IMG/VR virus record: IMGVR_UViG_3300025405_000009
Coordinates: 32,001-96,000 of that record
Source of the DNA: a virus
Reading direction: 5' to 3' (one strand)
Length of the DNA stretch: 64,000 nucleotides
The translations under genes were made by a program, and so were the position numbers. Shown piece by piece: positions 1 to 10,333 of this stretch (position 1 is its first letter; each line of letters opens with the position of its first letter). A model generated the notes under the pieces. That model made no database searches and was not told the origin of the DNA. It saw only the letters and a program-made list of their open reading frames with translations.

Positions 1-243
1 CTTTATAGCAATGATTCCGTCAGTGTGATAGCGGTGAACTTTTTTATCTATTGGACTAATATAAGGTATAATTACAGCTTCAGAAGCCCATTCGACTACA
101 TTAATATTATCATCACAGAAACGAAAAAACTTTAATTCCCAACTAGAGCGGTAAACTGGATCGCCCTTGCCGATATATTTTGTAGGGTTCTTCGGCTTAA
201 AGACACCTTGTTTAAACTTACCTTTGCCATTAAGAGGAATCAT
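1..243 (-). CDS. gp4: Head completion nuclease, T4 gp4-like (N-terminal part; runs off window start)
   Basis: Not in the ORF track. Manual translation from ATG 243: MIPLNGKGKFKQGVFKPKNPTKYIGKGDPVYRSSWELKFFRFCDDNINVVEWASEAVIIPYISPIDKKVHRYHTD, matching the gp4 pattern P-KN-KY-G...YRS-WE...W-SE...IPY...RY-D. The ATG overlaps the gp13 stop. Confidence 0.85.
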   Translation of the reverse strand, partial: MIPLNGKGKFKQGVFKPKNPTKYIGKGDPVYRSSWELKFFRFCDDNINVVEWASEAVIIPYISPIDKKVHRYHTDGIIAIK

Positions 244-1322
244 TATCCAATAAAGAACATCGGTGGGTTAGCATCACCCATACCTGCAGCAGCACCTGTA
301 TAAAGCTGTTGTTCTAATGTGTCCTTTTCTTTTAATCCTTGACTGAGTAAATCATTAAAATTAATCTGTCCACCGCCGAACATGGTTATCCCTGTATATT
401 TACCACGGACGTTACCAACACCTATCTTAGTTAAAGCCAATGCATATTGGTATACCCACTGTTCCTTAATTAAATCACGTAATGGACGTTCAACGTAACA
501 GGACATAACTCCCCAGAAACGACTTCCAGAACCTGGGGTACGTGGAGGTGGATAAAAAACTAAAAGCTGGGTACGAGGATCAAAGACATAAGCACGTCTT
601 ATAGCTAACATTTTTTCACGAACACCTAACCAATTTTTTAATGTATACCAACTAATAAGATCAAATCCGTAATTACCCATTGAGTAACTGAAGTAGGTTT
701 GTTGAGCTAATGTTTGTTCAATTGTAAAAAGAGTATTAACACCATCTGAAGAACCTTCTTCAAAATTTGAAACGTCAACAACCTTTCTATACGCCATTAC
801 ATCATAATCATAACTATTAACGTACTGAGATTGATCATTACTAGAAGGTGTAAAGAGACTGGCAACTGTACTATTAAAATTAATAACACTCAAATAGTTG
901 GTAGTAGTAAGAATTTGATTAGTAAAAATACCTGTAGCGTAAGTTGAAGATAATGTAGGTGATGTGCTAAAGAAAGAACCAGGAATTGAAGAATTACAAG
1001 CGTAAACAGTTGTAGTTGGTTTATCTATTCTACTAAACTCAGGTGTAATACTAAAGAGATCATCAAGTTTTATACCAACACCATCTTTATAAAGATCAGA
1101 ATTAAACACAAGATATTCTTCAGTAAATCCTGCATACTTAGCAAACATCTCACAAGCTATAGAAATGAATTCAAATAATTGATCTTGGTGAATTTCAATA
1201 TTAATCATCGGTGCTCCAAGAGAGCGGGTAATTCTATCACCCAATCTTGAAAAAGAATTTATCTTACTTGATAAATTAGTACTCTGAAAAGCTGAAATTG
1301 GTGTAATGGCTGAACAATCCAT
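243..1322 (-). CDS. gp13: Neck protein, T4 gp13-like
   Basis: RSLGAPMINIEIHQDQL N-terminal motif; C-terminal WVYQYALALTK...GKY..GGGQIN...GLKEK.LE typical of gp13. Confidence 0.85.
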   Translation of the reverse strand: MDCSAITPISAFQSTNLSSKINSFSRLGDRITRSLGAPMINIEIHQDQLFEFISIACEMFAKYAGFTEEYLVFNSDLYKDGVGIKLDDLFSITPEFSRIDKPTTTVYACNSSIPGSFFSTSPTLSSTYATGIFTNQILTTTNYLSVINFNSTVASLFTPSSNDQSQYVNSYDYDVMAYRKVVDVSNFEEGSSDGVNTLFTIEQTLAQQTYFSYSMGNYGFDLISWYTLKNWLGVREKMLAIRRAYVFDPRTQLLVFYPPPRTPGSGSRFWGVMSCYVERPLRDLIKEQWVYQYALALTKIGVGNVRGKYTGITMFGGGQINFNDLLSQGLKEKDTLEQQLYTGAAAGMGDANPPMFFIG

Positions 1323-1328
1323 ATAAAT

Positions 1329-1334
1329 TATTTA
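1329..1334 (-). promoter_or_regulatory. Late (gp55-type) promoter core TAAATA, 6 nt before gp13 ATG
   Basis: Minus strand TTAAATA-atttat-ATG. Confidence 0.7.
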
Positions 1335-1338
1335 AGCA

Positions 1339-3108
1339 TTAGGCAGGTGGTGCTTCACCGCCCGCTGGTGGAGCTTCAGCTCCTGGTGCACCGGCTTCAG
1401 CGCCAGGAGCGGTTTCTGTAGGAGCTGGACCAAAGGCTGGAGGTGTGCCTGTTGGAGCTGCTCCACCGCCTCCACCACCACCTAATTCACCAGGCGCACC
1501 TGCTGCACCACCTGTAAGGGATCCAACCTCACGCCAATCTGGACCATTATTTTCAATCTGAGAAAGTTCCCACATAAGTTCTTTATCCTTACGTAAGAAT
1601 TCTCTATTTGCCATAACATCGGTATCAGACCATCCAAGATATCTCTTTTGTGCGTATGTCTTAGAGACATAATCACTTTGAGTAATTTGATTAAAGTTTT
1701 CAGCCTTAAGTTGAAACTTTTGATTTTCTCTTAATTCGTAGAAATTTGTTGGAACATTAAAATGAAGATCAATATTTGAATCCTTAAGTCTCATTTCTTC
1801 AAATAAACCTTTAAGCTTAATATGAGTTAAGAATCCATTCTTTAATCCTCCTGCAAAACGTTGTTGTTGACGAATAATAAATCTAGCAAACTTTAACTCT
1901 TCACGAAGAATATCTGTACCGTCCTTAAATGTATCATCAGGATTTAATCTATTAGATGGTACTTTAAGAGACTTATAAAGCTTTTTAACGAAGTACATTA
2001 AGTCAGTCAATTCACCAAGGTTAGCTCCACCTGGGAGTTGAGTAACTGAAGTACCTTCTGATCCTTGACGCTTGGCAAACCAAAAGCTATCCAACATGGA
2101 TTGCGGATTAAACTGCTGAACGGTAGCACCTTGATTAGCATCGTAGTTACGCTTAGACCAATAGTTGGTCATTAACTTACGAAGATATGCCTCAGCTTTC
2201 GGGCCGTTCATATTACCGACATCAACGTTAAAGACAAGACGTTCAGGAGCACGTACAAGACGATAGATGACAATAGCGTCCTCGATAAGACTTAACTGAC
2301 GATAAGCTCTACGTGCATTTTCAATAAACGGAAGACGAAGGGTTTTATTTTCATTCCAGATACCAGAATTAATATAAGTTACCTGATTGATATCCATTGG
2401 AATAAGTTCTGTCTTAGCTACCTTACCTGGATTCTTTGCATCAAAAACAGGCTTACGCAAGAGATAACCCTTAGTAATCATATTCTGAACATTTTCAAAA
2501 ATAGGATCAATGACATCCGATGGAATAGTTACAACACCAAGAATACCCTCTTTTGGATATTTCTTATGTATAATGTGTTCCCAATAAATTTCAGCATCAA
2601 CAAGAATTTGACGACAATATTCCCAACCTCTATTTTCAAAGTCAAAGTATCCAATATACTTTTGAAACTCTCTTTTGAGTTTTGTTTTTTGAGAATCAGA
2701 CAAATCTACATCAACAAATCGTAATTTTACAATTTCGCCATGCTCATCCTTGTTAATAAATTCATCACAAATTTCATCCAAAGCATCAGCAACTTCTGAA
2801 AAAGCTGCCATAACTCTATAATCCATTAATCTACGACCCTTATCCGGTTGGATATTGGCGTACATAAAATCATGATAATCTTTATTCTGTAAGACATTAG
2901 CATACTGATCATCAGTTGTAGATATGGAAGACGATACAGACTGACGAACAAGAGCGCCTTGTTTATCTGAACCCTTTTGATAAAAAAGAGAATATTTTGG
3001 ATTTAACTCATTAATTTTATCAGCTGCATTATATGTCTGATAGGGAAGCTTAGATGAAACATACTTCATCAACTCTCTTCCGAATGTACTTTCTCTATTT
3101 TGATCCAT
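1339..3108 (-). CDS. gp20: Portal protein with Gly/Ala/Pro-rich C-terminal tail
   Basis: YRQLSLIEDAIVIYRLVRAPERLVFNVDVGNM, DSFWFAKRQGSEGTSVTQLPGGANLGELTDL, REELKFARFI motifs. Confidence 0.97.
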   Translation of the reverse strand: MDQNRESTFGRELMKYVSSKLPYQTYNAADKINELNPKYSLFYQKGSDKQGALVRQSVSSSISTTDDQYANVLQNKDYHDFMYANIQPDKGRRLMDYRVMAAFSEVADALDEICDEFINKDEHGEIVKLRFVDVDLSDSQKTKLKREFQKYIGYFDFENRGWEYCRQILVDAEIYWEHIIHKKYPKEGILGVVTIPSDVIDPIFENVQNMITKGYLLRKPVFDAKNPGKVAKTELIPMDINQVTYINSGIWNENKTLRLPFIENARRAYRQLSLIEDAIVIYRLVRAPERLVFNVDVGNMNGPKAEAYLRKLMTNYWSKRNYDANQGATVQQFNPQSMLDSFWFAKRQGSEGTSVTQLPGGANLGELTDLMYFVKKLYKSLKVPSNRLNPDDTFKDGTDILREELKFARFIIRQQQRFAGGLKNGFLTHIKLKGLFEEMRLKDSNIDLHFNVPTNFYELRENQKFQLKAENFNQITQSDYVSKTYAQKRYLGWSDTDVMANREFLRKDKELMWELSQIENNGPDWREVGSLTGGAAGAPGELGGGGGGGAAPTGTPPAFGPAPTETAPGAEAGAPGAEAPPAGGEAPPA

Positions 3109-3119
3109 GGCTTATAATT

Positions 3120-3127
3120 TATTTATA
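3120..3127 (-). promoter_or_regulatory. Late promoter TATAAATA, 11 nt before portal ATG
   Basis: Exact T4 late consensus on minus strand. Confidence 0.75.
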
Positions 3128-3133
3128 GATTTT

Positions 3134-5365
3134 TTAGGTTAATGCTATCTGAACTGCAGAAGTAAATAAACCTAAACCTTTTGTAAGTTCATAACTAATA
3201 ATATTTTGCATAATACCATTGTCGTTGCTCCACGCATTATATCCACTTTGACTTGATAGAAGTGTAGTTAAGGTATCAGTCCAATTTATAATATTGTTGT
3301 ATAATACACCATCTGTTGTATTTTTGAATGTATAGAATTTATAATAGTTAGATATATTAGTTCCTGTAATACTATTTGGTACAATAAGATTCCAACCCCA
3401 GTTAGGGCTATATGTAGAAAGTGGTACTGCAGAACTTGTAATATAATAACTACTAATATTATTGACTAGAGTATAGATATTTGAAAATTTTTCTAAAGCA
3501 ACAATAGGAACACCCGGGATAACTATACCCGTAGCTGGGCTAATATATGTTCCAAGATTTGATCCAATTGAACGATCAGTATATAGACTAATATTATTAT
3601 CAAAATTAGTATTATAAGAATTTAAACTGCCCCATAATTTTTGTTGTTTAATAGATAATATATCTATCATACGTCTTAATTGTGGTGGGTAGGTATAATT
3701 GTATTGTTCAAATTGAATAGATAATTCTTCACATATTGACAATAAAGAATTAACATTTGAATAATCGATATCAGAAATATTTTCTACAAAGTTAGATATC
3801 TTTTCATAAACTGTTTTGCCGAGTTCATAAGGATACGCATTAATATCACCAACAATTGTTCCGAGAAATCCAGTAAAGAAATTATCATACTCTAACAATG
3901 GTTCCTGAAAGCGTAGAGATTTATAAAAACTAGATGCATCCCAATTTTCATTTACTTTAGCGATATTATATTGACCTGCTGTTGTATAAATGCTAAACGT
4001 ATTAGATATACCGCTTAGTGTTGTTTGATAGCTAGATAATGGATCTATAACAACCAAAGAGGCTGTTAACGCGCAGCTTAATGCTGTGTTTTGTGATGTA
4101 AAATACCCTTTATAAAAACTACCAATTGATTGTACAGCACCTGGATTTACAAAATCTTCTGTGAATGTTACACCTGGTAATGGATATAGATTGCCTGCAT
4201 TATCATAATAGACAATACCAGTTTGTACATTATTAACTACTATTGAAGGTGATACATTAGGATTAGCAACAGATGAAGAAAGTACTGGATAGAATTTTGT
4301 AGTAAAATTATTAATATCTTTTAACGTTATTACGTAGGGAATTTGAGTGTTCTGCCAACTTATTGTTGGTATATTAAAAATAGATGATACAGCATTTGCT
4401 AAAGTGCCTTCACCAGTAATTCCGTTTGTTGATATACCTAAGGCTGTGGCAGGACTATAATATGTATTATTTCTTTGAATTGATAATACAGCAGGTGATA
4501 AATTTTGATATCCAATAGGAGGATAATTAACGTAGTTATATAAATCTGTTTTTAATGTAAATTTATCTTCAAAACGTGAACCATCAATAGTAGCAAAAAG
4601 ATATATAGGTGTTTTTTTAAGAATATCTTTAATAGAATCATCCGTATAGTAAATTTGACAATATCCAGTTGTACCGGCTATTGTAGCACCTATATCATTG
4701 GGACCACAACGCTGTATTTTATTATTTTGTATGTTAGCGTAGATTACAGTTTGAATTGTTGAAAGTGAATCAACTGCAACGTACTGAGTATTATTAAATA
4801 AATTCTCAATAGCAAAAAATTGATTTAATACATGTAAATGAGACCACTTATTACCGTAAAAATCAGCTGCAGTTTCGTAACTGCCACCAGCTCCAGATGC
4901 ATAAAAATTAACTGTATAACCTGTAGCGCTCAATGCAGGGTATGATTGCCAGCTGTTAAATGTATTAACAGTAAATGGTCCCATAATCTTAGCACTTAAA
5001 GCATTATTTGAATAACCCTGCCATGTTAATGTTGTTGGTACGAAATCAAAAACTTGAACTGTAGGATTGTATGAACTATCGTAAGCATTTCCGTTACCAT
5101 CATAAATTGTTAACGTAATTTTATAACTACCCGGCCATTCATAAACATGACTTGCTGTAATGCTTGTTGCAAATGTACCGTCACCAAAATTCCAATGTAT
5201 ATACTCATTAGATATTACATTATTACCTGAAAGTAAACTAGAAGTAGAAAAATCAGGTACAAAACTAAGTGGGGTATTGCTTAGTGTATAGGTACTAAGA
5301 GATTTTGTTCCAGTATAATCGTAGATACTAAACTGTATATTATTGTATTGTACACTGTATGACAT
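3134..5365 (-). CDS. PKD-domain virion protein; positional candidate for a gp7-like baseplate wedge subunit
   Basis: WNFGDGT...SHVYEWPGSYKITLTI is a PKD signature; directly follows gp25-gp6; Ser/Thr/Asn-rich. Confidence 0.5.
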   Translation of the reverse strand: MSYSVQYNNIQFSIYDYTGTKSLSTYTLSNTPLSFVPDFSTSSLLSGNNVISNEYIHWNFGDGTFATSITASHVYEWPGSYKITLTIYDGNGNAYDSSYNPTVQVFDFVPTTLTWQGYSNNALSAKIMGPFTVNTFNSWQSYPALSATGYTVNFYASGAGGSYETAADFYGNKWSHLHVLNQFFAIENLFNNTQYVAVDSLSTIQTVIYANIQNNKIQRCGPNDIGATIAGTTGYCQIYYTDDSIKDILKKTPIYLFATIDGSRFEDKFTLKTDLYNYVNYPPIGYQNLSPAVLSIQRNNTYYSPATALGISTNGITGEGTLANAVSSIFNIPTISWQNTQIPYVITLKDINNFTTKFYPVLSSSVANPNVSPSIVVNNVQTGIVYYDNAGNLYPLPGVTFTEDFVNPGAVQSIGSFYKGYFTSQNTALSCALTASLVVIDPLSSYQTTLSGISNTFSIYTTAGQYNIAKVNENWDASSFYKSLRFQEPLLEYDNFFTGFLGTIVGDINAYPYELGKTVYEKISNFVENISDIDYSNVNSLLSICEELSIQFEQYNYTYPPQLRRMIDILSIKQQKLWGSLNSYNTNFDNNISLYTDRSIGSNLGTYISPATGIVIPGVPIVALEKFSNIYTLVNNISSYYITSSAVPLSTYSPNWGWNLIVPNSITGTNISNYYKFYTFKNTTDGVLYNNIINWTDTLTTLLSSQSGYNAWSNDNGIMQNIISYELTKGLGLFTSAVQIALT

Positions 5366-5366
5366 T

Positions 5367-7277
5367 TTATGCTGTTACAAGAGATTGTATACTTGGTGTT
5401 ACTACATTAATTTTATTAATAAAATTTGCAGCATTGTTGAGATATGGATATTTAAAATATGGCAATTGAATATCCTGGCTAACAATTCCAATATCATTAT
5501 AAGGATAAACAGGGTTAAATAAAAGTAAGTTAACACCTGGTACACTGTAAGTTGTACCGTCTGTTAATTGAGCTACTGTGTGTACATTAGTAATATCACC
5601 TATCTGTAAAATTGCATTAGTGAGTTCATTTATGCTTAATAATAAACCCAAATTATCATTTGTTGTGGCAAAATAACTTGTAAAAATATTAGCAACTTGA
5701 AGTGCAATAGCATTTGTGCTTTGTTTTGCAGTGGGTGATCTTGTAATAACAAGTTGAGTATACTGAGCAATACTCGGATCAACAGCTTGATTAGGAATAT
5801 TGATTCCTAAATCAACTTGCATATAAATAGGATCATTAAGAACAGTCTCTGTAGTAACTAATTGAGTATCTTGAAGACTGTTTAAAATAAGCTGCTTTTG
5901 TGATGAATTTAAATAATTAGTACGTGCAGTTAAACTAGATGTTTTTTGAAGATTAGGTACAACGTACACATATACATTGTTAAAGTTTGTTGAATCTGCA
6001 AATTTTACCTGATTGAATAATACACGAGACTCTGTGTTAGGTGATGTAACGCCAAGATCAAAGTAATACTTTAAATGTCCCTGTACATATTTCCAATTAT
6101 TAACAACACGACATGAAGCAACAATATTCTTAAACTTATTTGTTACGAATGACTGGTAATCGGTTGCTGTTACAAGTCTGTACTGTGATTGAAAAGTATT
6201 ACTTGCATTTGTACGAATGCTATTAACACTCTCAATATCATTAAATGGTGTTGATGGGTCTGTGTTTGTAAGTGTGATATTAGCAAGTTGTGGTGCAGTT
6301 AACACATTTAAATTAACAGGGGTAGTATTGCTCTGTATCGCTGAAAATTGCGATGTATTATATAAGAAAATCTTACCACCGTTAAGAATATTAGCACCAA
6401 TTTGTCCTGCTGCACCATCTGACTTAATATAATAAATCGCTACCTGATCACCAGAGTTAAGTTGTTGACCGGTAATATTATTACCAAATTTTATTTCATA
6501 TCTACCATTTTCATTGAGACGAATTTCATACGCATTTGCATTTGATCTTTCAAGGAAAAGAGATTGAACTGGTGCCCACTTAACCCATGTTGGTGTAGTT
6601 GCAGTATTATTACGTACATATACATCAATAGTAAAATGATCAATAACTGTATTACTACCAGCTGAATCTATGTTTGTAAGAGTAATGAGTTCAAATGGAG
6701 ATCCAACTGCAGTATAAAGCGGATATTCAACATATTTACCTTGATATAAAACCGCATTATTTTGTAGATCTGTTAATTGCTCTGTTTGATTTGTATTCTT
6801 AGCAAAAGTAACATCTGTATTAAATGAAAAAACGGTTCCACCTGCAGATACATAACTATAACGAGGTAAGGTATATAAAGCTGGCGGTAGGTTAGCATTG
6901 CTTGTTGCTTGAAACGGTAAAACGCTTGTTTGAGCACCAATTGGTCTATAACCAATAAGTTTAACAATTTTATTAATATTTTCGTATAATTCAGCAGTTG
7001 AAAATGTAGCTTCAGCCCCTGTTCTGTTCAAATAGAACAAAAGAACATGATACGCATACGCAACAATATCAATAATAGAAGAAATATTACTGCCTTCATA
7101 ATTTTGATCAGTAATAATGTTATTAGCATTAAGTCTATTAATGATAAGGCTTTTAAGACTCAATGCATCAAAAGCTGCATACCCATCAACAGGTAAATTA
7201 AAATCATTAAATGTATTTTGTGGCTGCTGGGGATGTGGTAAAGCCACAATTGCAGCTGTTGTTAGTGATGTTGCCAT
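5367..7277 (-). CDS. gp6: Baseplate wedge subunit, gp6-like
   Basis: NYEGSNISSIIDIVAY, YEIKFGNNITG, YIKSDGAAG, RLVTATDY motifs of the gp6/baseplate J family. Confidence 0.85.
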   Translation of the reverse strand: MATSLTTAAIVALPHPQQPQNTFNDFNLPVDGYAAFDALSLKSLIINRLNANNIITDQNYEGSNISSIIDIVAYAYHVLLFYLNRTGAEATFSTAELYENINKIVKLIGYRPIGAQTSVLPFQATSNANLPPALYTLPRYSYVSAGGTVFSFNTDVTFAKNTNQTEQLTDLQNNAVLYQGKYVEYPLYTAVGSPFELITLTNIDSAGSNTVIDHFTIDVYVRNNTATTPTWVKWAPVQSLFLERSNANAYEIRLNENGRYEIKFGNNITGQQLNSGDQVAIYYIKSDGAAGQIGANILNGGKIFLYNTSQFSAIQSNTTPVNLNVLTAPQLANITLTNTDPSTPFNDIESVNSIRTNASNTFQSQYRLVTATDYQSFVTNKFKNIVASCRVVNNWKYVQGHLKYYFDLGVTSPNTESRVLFNQVKFADSTNFNNVYVYVVPNLQKTSSLTARTNYLNSSQKQLILNSLQDTQLVTTETVLNDPIYMQVDLGINIPNQAVDPSIAQYTQLVITRSPTAKQSTNAIALQVANIFTSYFATTNDNLGLLLSINELTNAILQIGDITNVHTVAQLTDGTTYSVPGVNLLLFNPVYPYNDIGIVSQDIQLPYFKYPYLNNAANFINKINVVTPSIQSLVTA

Positions 7278-7279
7278 AT

Positions 7280-7753
7280 TTAGTTAATGTAGAATCCAGA
7301 ATTACTTAATGTACCTACTATCTGGAAGCTTGTATTGTTTAGTGTTGGAACAGATAAACTAATTGTTATTAAGAAAGTATTTGTAGCTGGTTGAGCTATA
7401 ACTTGAATTTTATTAATGCTTACGCGTGGTTCAAAAGTTGTTATATTATACTGAATTTCTTGACCAATAAGTGCAGCTGTATCCTCATCACAAGGTTGAA
7501 AGATATATTGAGATAAATTTGATCCAAAAAACGGATTTAATATCTTTTGACCAGGAATTGTTAAAAATATATTGGTAATAGAATTTTTTATGGCTCCAAG
7601 ATCGTAATCTACAATTATATCAGTAATTTCATAATTACGCTGTGCTTCTTGATTTACAAGATATTTGTACTGTATATCTAAATGAAGATCTGAGTACGTA
7701 AACGGGTTTGTAAGCTTCGTTTGTTTCTGAAGAGTTTGTAGTTTTATCGCCAC
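7280..7753 (-). CDS. gp25: Baseplate wedge subunit, gp25-like (GTG start)
   Basis: AIKNSITNIFLTIPGQKILNPFFGSNL...FEPRV gp25/GPW motif. Confidence 0.9.
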   Translation of the reverse strand: MAIKLQTLQKQTKLTNPFTYSDLHLDIQYKYLVNQEAQRNYEITDIIVDYDLGAIKNSITNIFLTIPGQKILNPFFGSNLSQYIFQPCDEDTAALIGQEIQYNITTFEPRVSINKIQVIAQPATNTFLITISLSVPTLNNTSFQIVGTLSNSGFYIN

Positions 7754-7758
7754 ATTAT

Positions 7759-7766
7759 TATTTATA
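7759..7766 (-). promoter_or_regulatory. Late promoter TATAAATA, 5 nt before gp25 GTG
   Basis: TATAAATA-ataat-GTG; divergent partner CATAAATA at 7801..7808 (+). Confidence 0.75.
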
Positions 7767-7811
7767 GATACTCTATTCCTTTAAAAACCAAACACTGCGG
7801 CATAAATAAAT

Positions 7812-8429
7812 ATGATGAAGAAAAAGTTCTTAAAACTCTATGAAAGCAATATGTCTCGCTTAAACCGCGGTGGTTACCTAGTTGGCGATATTGTTAAGTT
7901 CAAAGATAATGCTCTTAGTCATAATTATTGTAAACAAGTCTCTGATGTAATTCGTCAAAGTATTAAGGATTATATGGAGGATGGTTGCACTTTAAGAGTT
8001 AAAAATATTACAAACGTTTATCCAGCTGTTCTTGGTGCAGGTAATTCAGATGATATTGGTGATGTAAATATTGAAGTATGTAGAGAATACGCTCCTGGTC
8101 GTTTTGATCAAGCCGGTATTTTAGTTCATCCAGACATGCTTATTGTAGTTGATGTATATCCAAATCTTACACCTGTTCCTGATAAGTTTAAATATGACAG
8201 TAAGGTAACTATTAAGCCTGTTAATGCTGAAGACAAATTAGCTTCAGAAGATGAAGAAGTACCTTTTTACTCACCAAGAGGTAAAACTCATAGATCAGAT
8301 GTACACGGTAAGTTAGAAGCAGGTGATCGTAAATTAAATAACAAAAATGTACCTATTGCTACAAATCATAATGTAGTAGCTAAAGATCCCGCCTCCTACG
8401 TATATAACTATCTTCCTAAAAATTCTTAA
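7812..8429 (+). CDS. Hypothetical late protein with capsid-targeting-like N-terminus
   Basis: 205 aa ORF, preceded by CATAAATA; begins MKKKFLKLYES. Confidence 0.7.
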   Translation: MMKKKFLKLYESNMSRLNRGGYLVGDIVKFKDNALSHNYCKQVSDVIRQSIKDYMEDGCTLRVKNITNVYPAVLGAGNSDDIGDVNIEVCREYAPGRFDQAGILVHPDMLIVVDVYPNLTPVPDKFKYDSKVTIKPVNAEDKLASEDEEVPFYSPRGKTHRSDVHGKLEAGDRKLNNKNVPIATNHNVVAKDPASYVYNYLPKNS

Positions 8430-9351
8430 TCTCTGATAGCGCTATTAAGCAGCTATAGCAGTTAATTTCTTGATCTACGCAGAACGAAGATCTATACAGA
8501 TATTCCGAAACAGTAAGGAGATAAAATTTCTTAAGTTCACTATTTTTTTCGTTAGCATCAATAAAATTAAACAACGCACGAAGTAAACTTACGTAATCAG
8601 CATTAAATGTTTGCTCTGATTCAATCAGAGCTTTACGGAGAGTTTCAACATTTCGTCCTTTTACTTCATTAAAAATTAATTGAAGTACTTCGTTATTAGT
8701 TGTATCCTTTAATACAAGCTTACCACTAGTTGTAGATTTTTGAAGCTCATTAATACATTTACGAAGATCTGGATAATTTGATTTAACAAATGCAATAAAT
8801 GTTTTCTTTTGATTATCTTCTAAAGCTATACCTTCTTGTTTAAGAATACTAGCACATCTCTTTACAACCTGTTCAATAGGAGGAGTTAAATCAATACTCT
8901 GACAACGACTTTGTAGAGCAGGAATAATACGATATTTGTAATTTGCTGTAAGGATAAATCTAGTAACGCCAGCATATTCCTCCATTGTATTTCTTAGAGC
9001 ACGCTGTCCTTCAAGGGACACCCCATCACATTCATCTAAAATAATAACTTTAATTTTACCATCAAAGCTCTTTGTCTGTGCAAAATGTGTTACTTTATTA
9101 CGAATTGTATCAATACCATTTTCATCAGAAGCATTAATATAGAGATACTGACACTGAAGAATATCATTGACAATAATCTTAGCAAGAGAAGTTTTACCAA
9201 TGCCTGGTGTACCAATAAAGAGAAGATTTGGAATCTCTTCTTTAGCTCTAAATGAATCAATAGAAGATTTAATATCTGTATCACCAATAAAGTCGGTTAA
9301 AACTTTAGGTCTATACTTTTCTACCCACAAAGATGAAAAATCGTAACTCAT
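8416..9351 (-). CDS. gp44: Clamp loader AAA+ subunit (gp44 / RFC small-like)
   Basis: LWVEKYRPK, GTPGIGKT Walker A, IILDECD Walker B, ALQSRC, YPDLRKCINELQ. Confidence 0.92.
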   Translation of the reverse strand: MSYDFSSLWVEKYRPKVLTDFIGDTDIKSSIDSFRAKEEIPNLLFIGTPGIGKTSLAKIIVNDILQCQYLYINASDENGIDTIRNKVTHFAQTKSFDGKIKVIILDECDGVSLEGQRALRNTMEEYAGVTRFILTANYKYRIIPALQSRCQSIDLTPPIEQVVKRCASILKQEGIALEDNQKKTFIAFVKSNYPDLRKCINELQKSTTSGKLVLKDTTNNEVLQLIFNEVKGRNVETLRKALIESEQTFNADYVSLLRALFNFIDANEKNSELKKFYLLTVSEYLYRSSFCVDQEINCYSCLIALSEIKNF

Positions 9352-9806
9352 TATTTACCAGATGAACCAAATCCCTTATCACCGCGATCGGATTGCTCAG
9401 CTTTACCCCACTCTACTGCCATTGGAAAGTTCATATAAACAACAAACTGAGCTATACGATCACCGGCTTTAACCGCATAGTTCACATCTGTATTGTTATA
9501 GAGCTTGATACCGGCATCACCACGGTAGCCGTTATCAATAATACCAGGGTGAGCGTGAATACCATGTTTAAATCCCATTCCACTTCTTGATTCAACCTTA
9601 ACCCAATATCCTTCTGGAATGTGAGCGAACTTTAAACCAACACCTACTACTGCGCTACCGCGTGCTGGAATCAATACATCTTCTACGCTATAAACATCGT
9701 ATCCAGTATCTGATACATTGTTCTTAGTTGGAAGCTTGGCAGACTCATGAGTCTTTTCAAACTTTAAAACTGGTAAATAAATTAGATTAGGGTCTATATC
9801 AGGCAT
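9351..9806 (-). CDS. dut: Trimeric dUTPase
   Basis: GYD, RSGMGFK, GIIDNGYRG, GDRIAQ, RGDKGFGSSG motifs. Confidence 0.97.
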   Translation of the reverse strand: MPDIDPNLIYLPVLKFEKTHESAKLPTKNNVSDTGYDVYSVEDVLIPARGSAVVGVGLKFAHIPEGYWVKVESRSGMGFKHGIHAHPGIIDNGYRGDAGIKLYNNTDVNYAVKAGDRIAQFVVYMNFPMAVEWGKAEQSDRGDKGFGSSGK

Positions 9807-9865
9807 ATATACTATAGTATATTATCTAGCAAAGAAATCAACAGGTAATAAGTAATAACACAAAT

Positions 9866-10333
9866 ATGAATGATGAAGTTCAGGATATGGTTGGTTCCTT
9901 AATCGATCAATTAAAAGAAAATAATCAAGTTGCCGATAAAGTTAAAACAGTTCGTGAGCCTTTAAAGAAGGAAGAGCTTGAAGATTTTGTTAGAGAAAAA
10001 GGGGCTAATCTTATTGAAGATGCTTTAGAGATGGTAGCTACAGTAAAGGATTTTATTATATCAGCACCAAACGCTGAAGATGTAGAAGCTTTATCTGGGC
10101 TTATTAATGCTACAGCTGCAGCCATGGATACACTTAATAAGATTAATATTCAAGATAAGAAAAGTGATACGTCTGTTAAACTTAAAGAAATGGATATTAA
10201 ATCAAAGAAAGAACTTCAACAAGCTGATGCTGGTGTTAAGCTTCTGACAACAAGAGAAGAAGTTTTAAAAATGCTTGTTAATAATGCTAAGCCATTACAG
10301 GCTGAAATTATTGAAGATAAGCGTTTAGATTAA
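9866..10333 (+). CDS. Probable terminase small subunit, gp16-like, displaced from terL
   Basis: Helical 155 aa; LIEDALEM...SAPNAEDVEALSGLINATAAAMDTL and C-terminal LLTTREEVLKML echo the gp16 pattern (PRAYEV..LI..VAD...FVGST.EL.KML); TAAGTA 11 nt upstream. Confidence 0.5.
   Translation: MNDEVQDMVGSLIDQLKENNQVADKVKTVREPLKKEELEDFVREKGANLIEDALEMVATVKDFIISAPNAEDVEALSGLINATAAAMDTLNKINIQDKKSDTSVKLKEMDIKSKKELQQADAGVKLLTTREEVLKMLVNNAKPLQAEIIEDKRLD

Noticed and set aside
1339-1520. GC-rich repeats at the portal 3' end as a repeat element
   Set aside because: Explained by the Gly/Ala/Pro-rich protein tail (codon-level low complexity)
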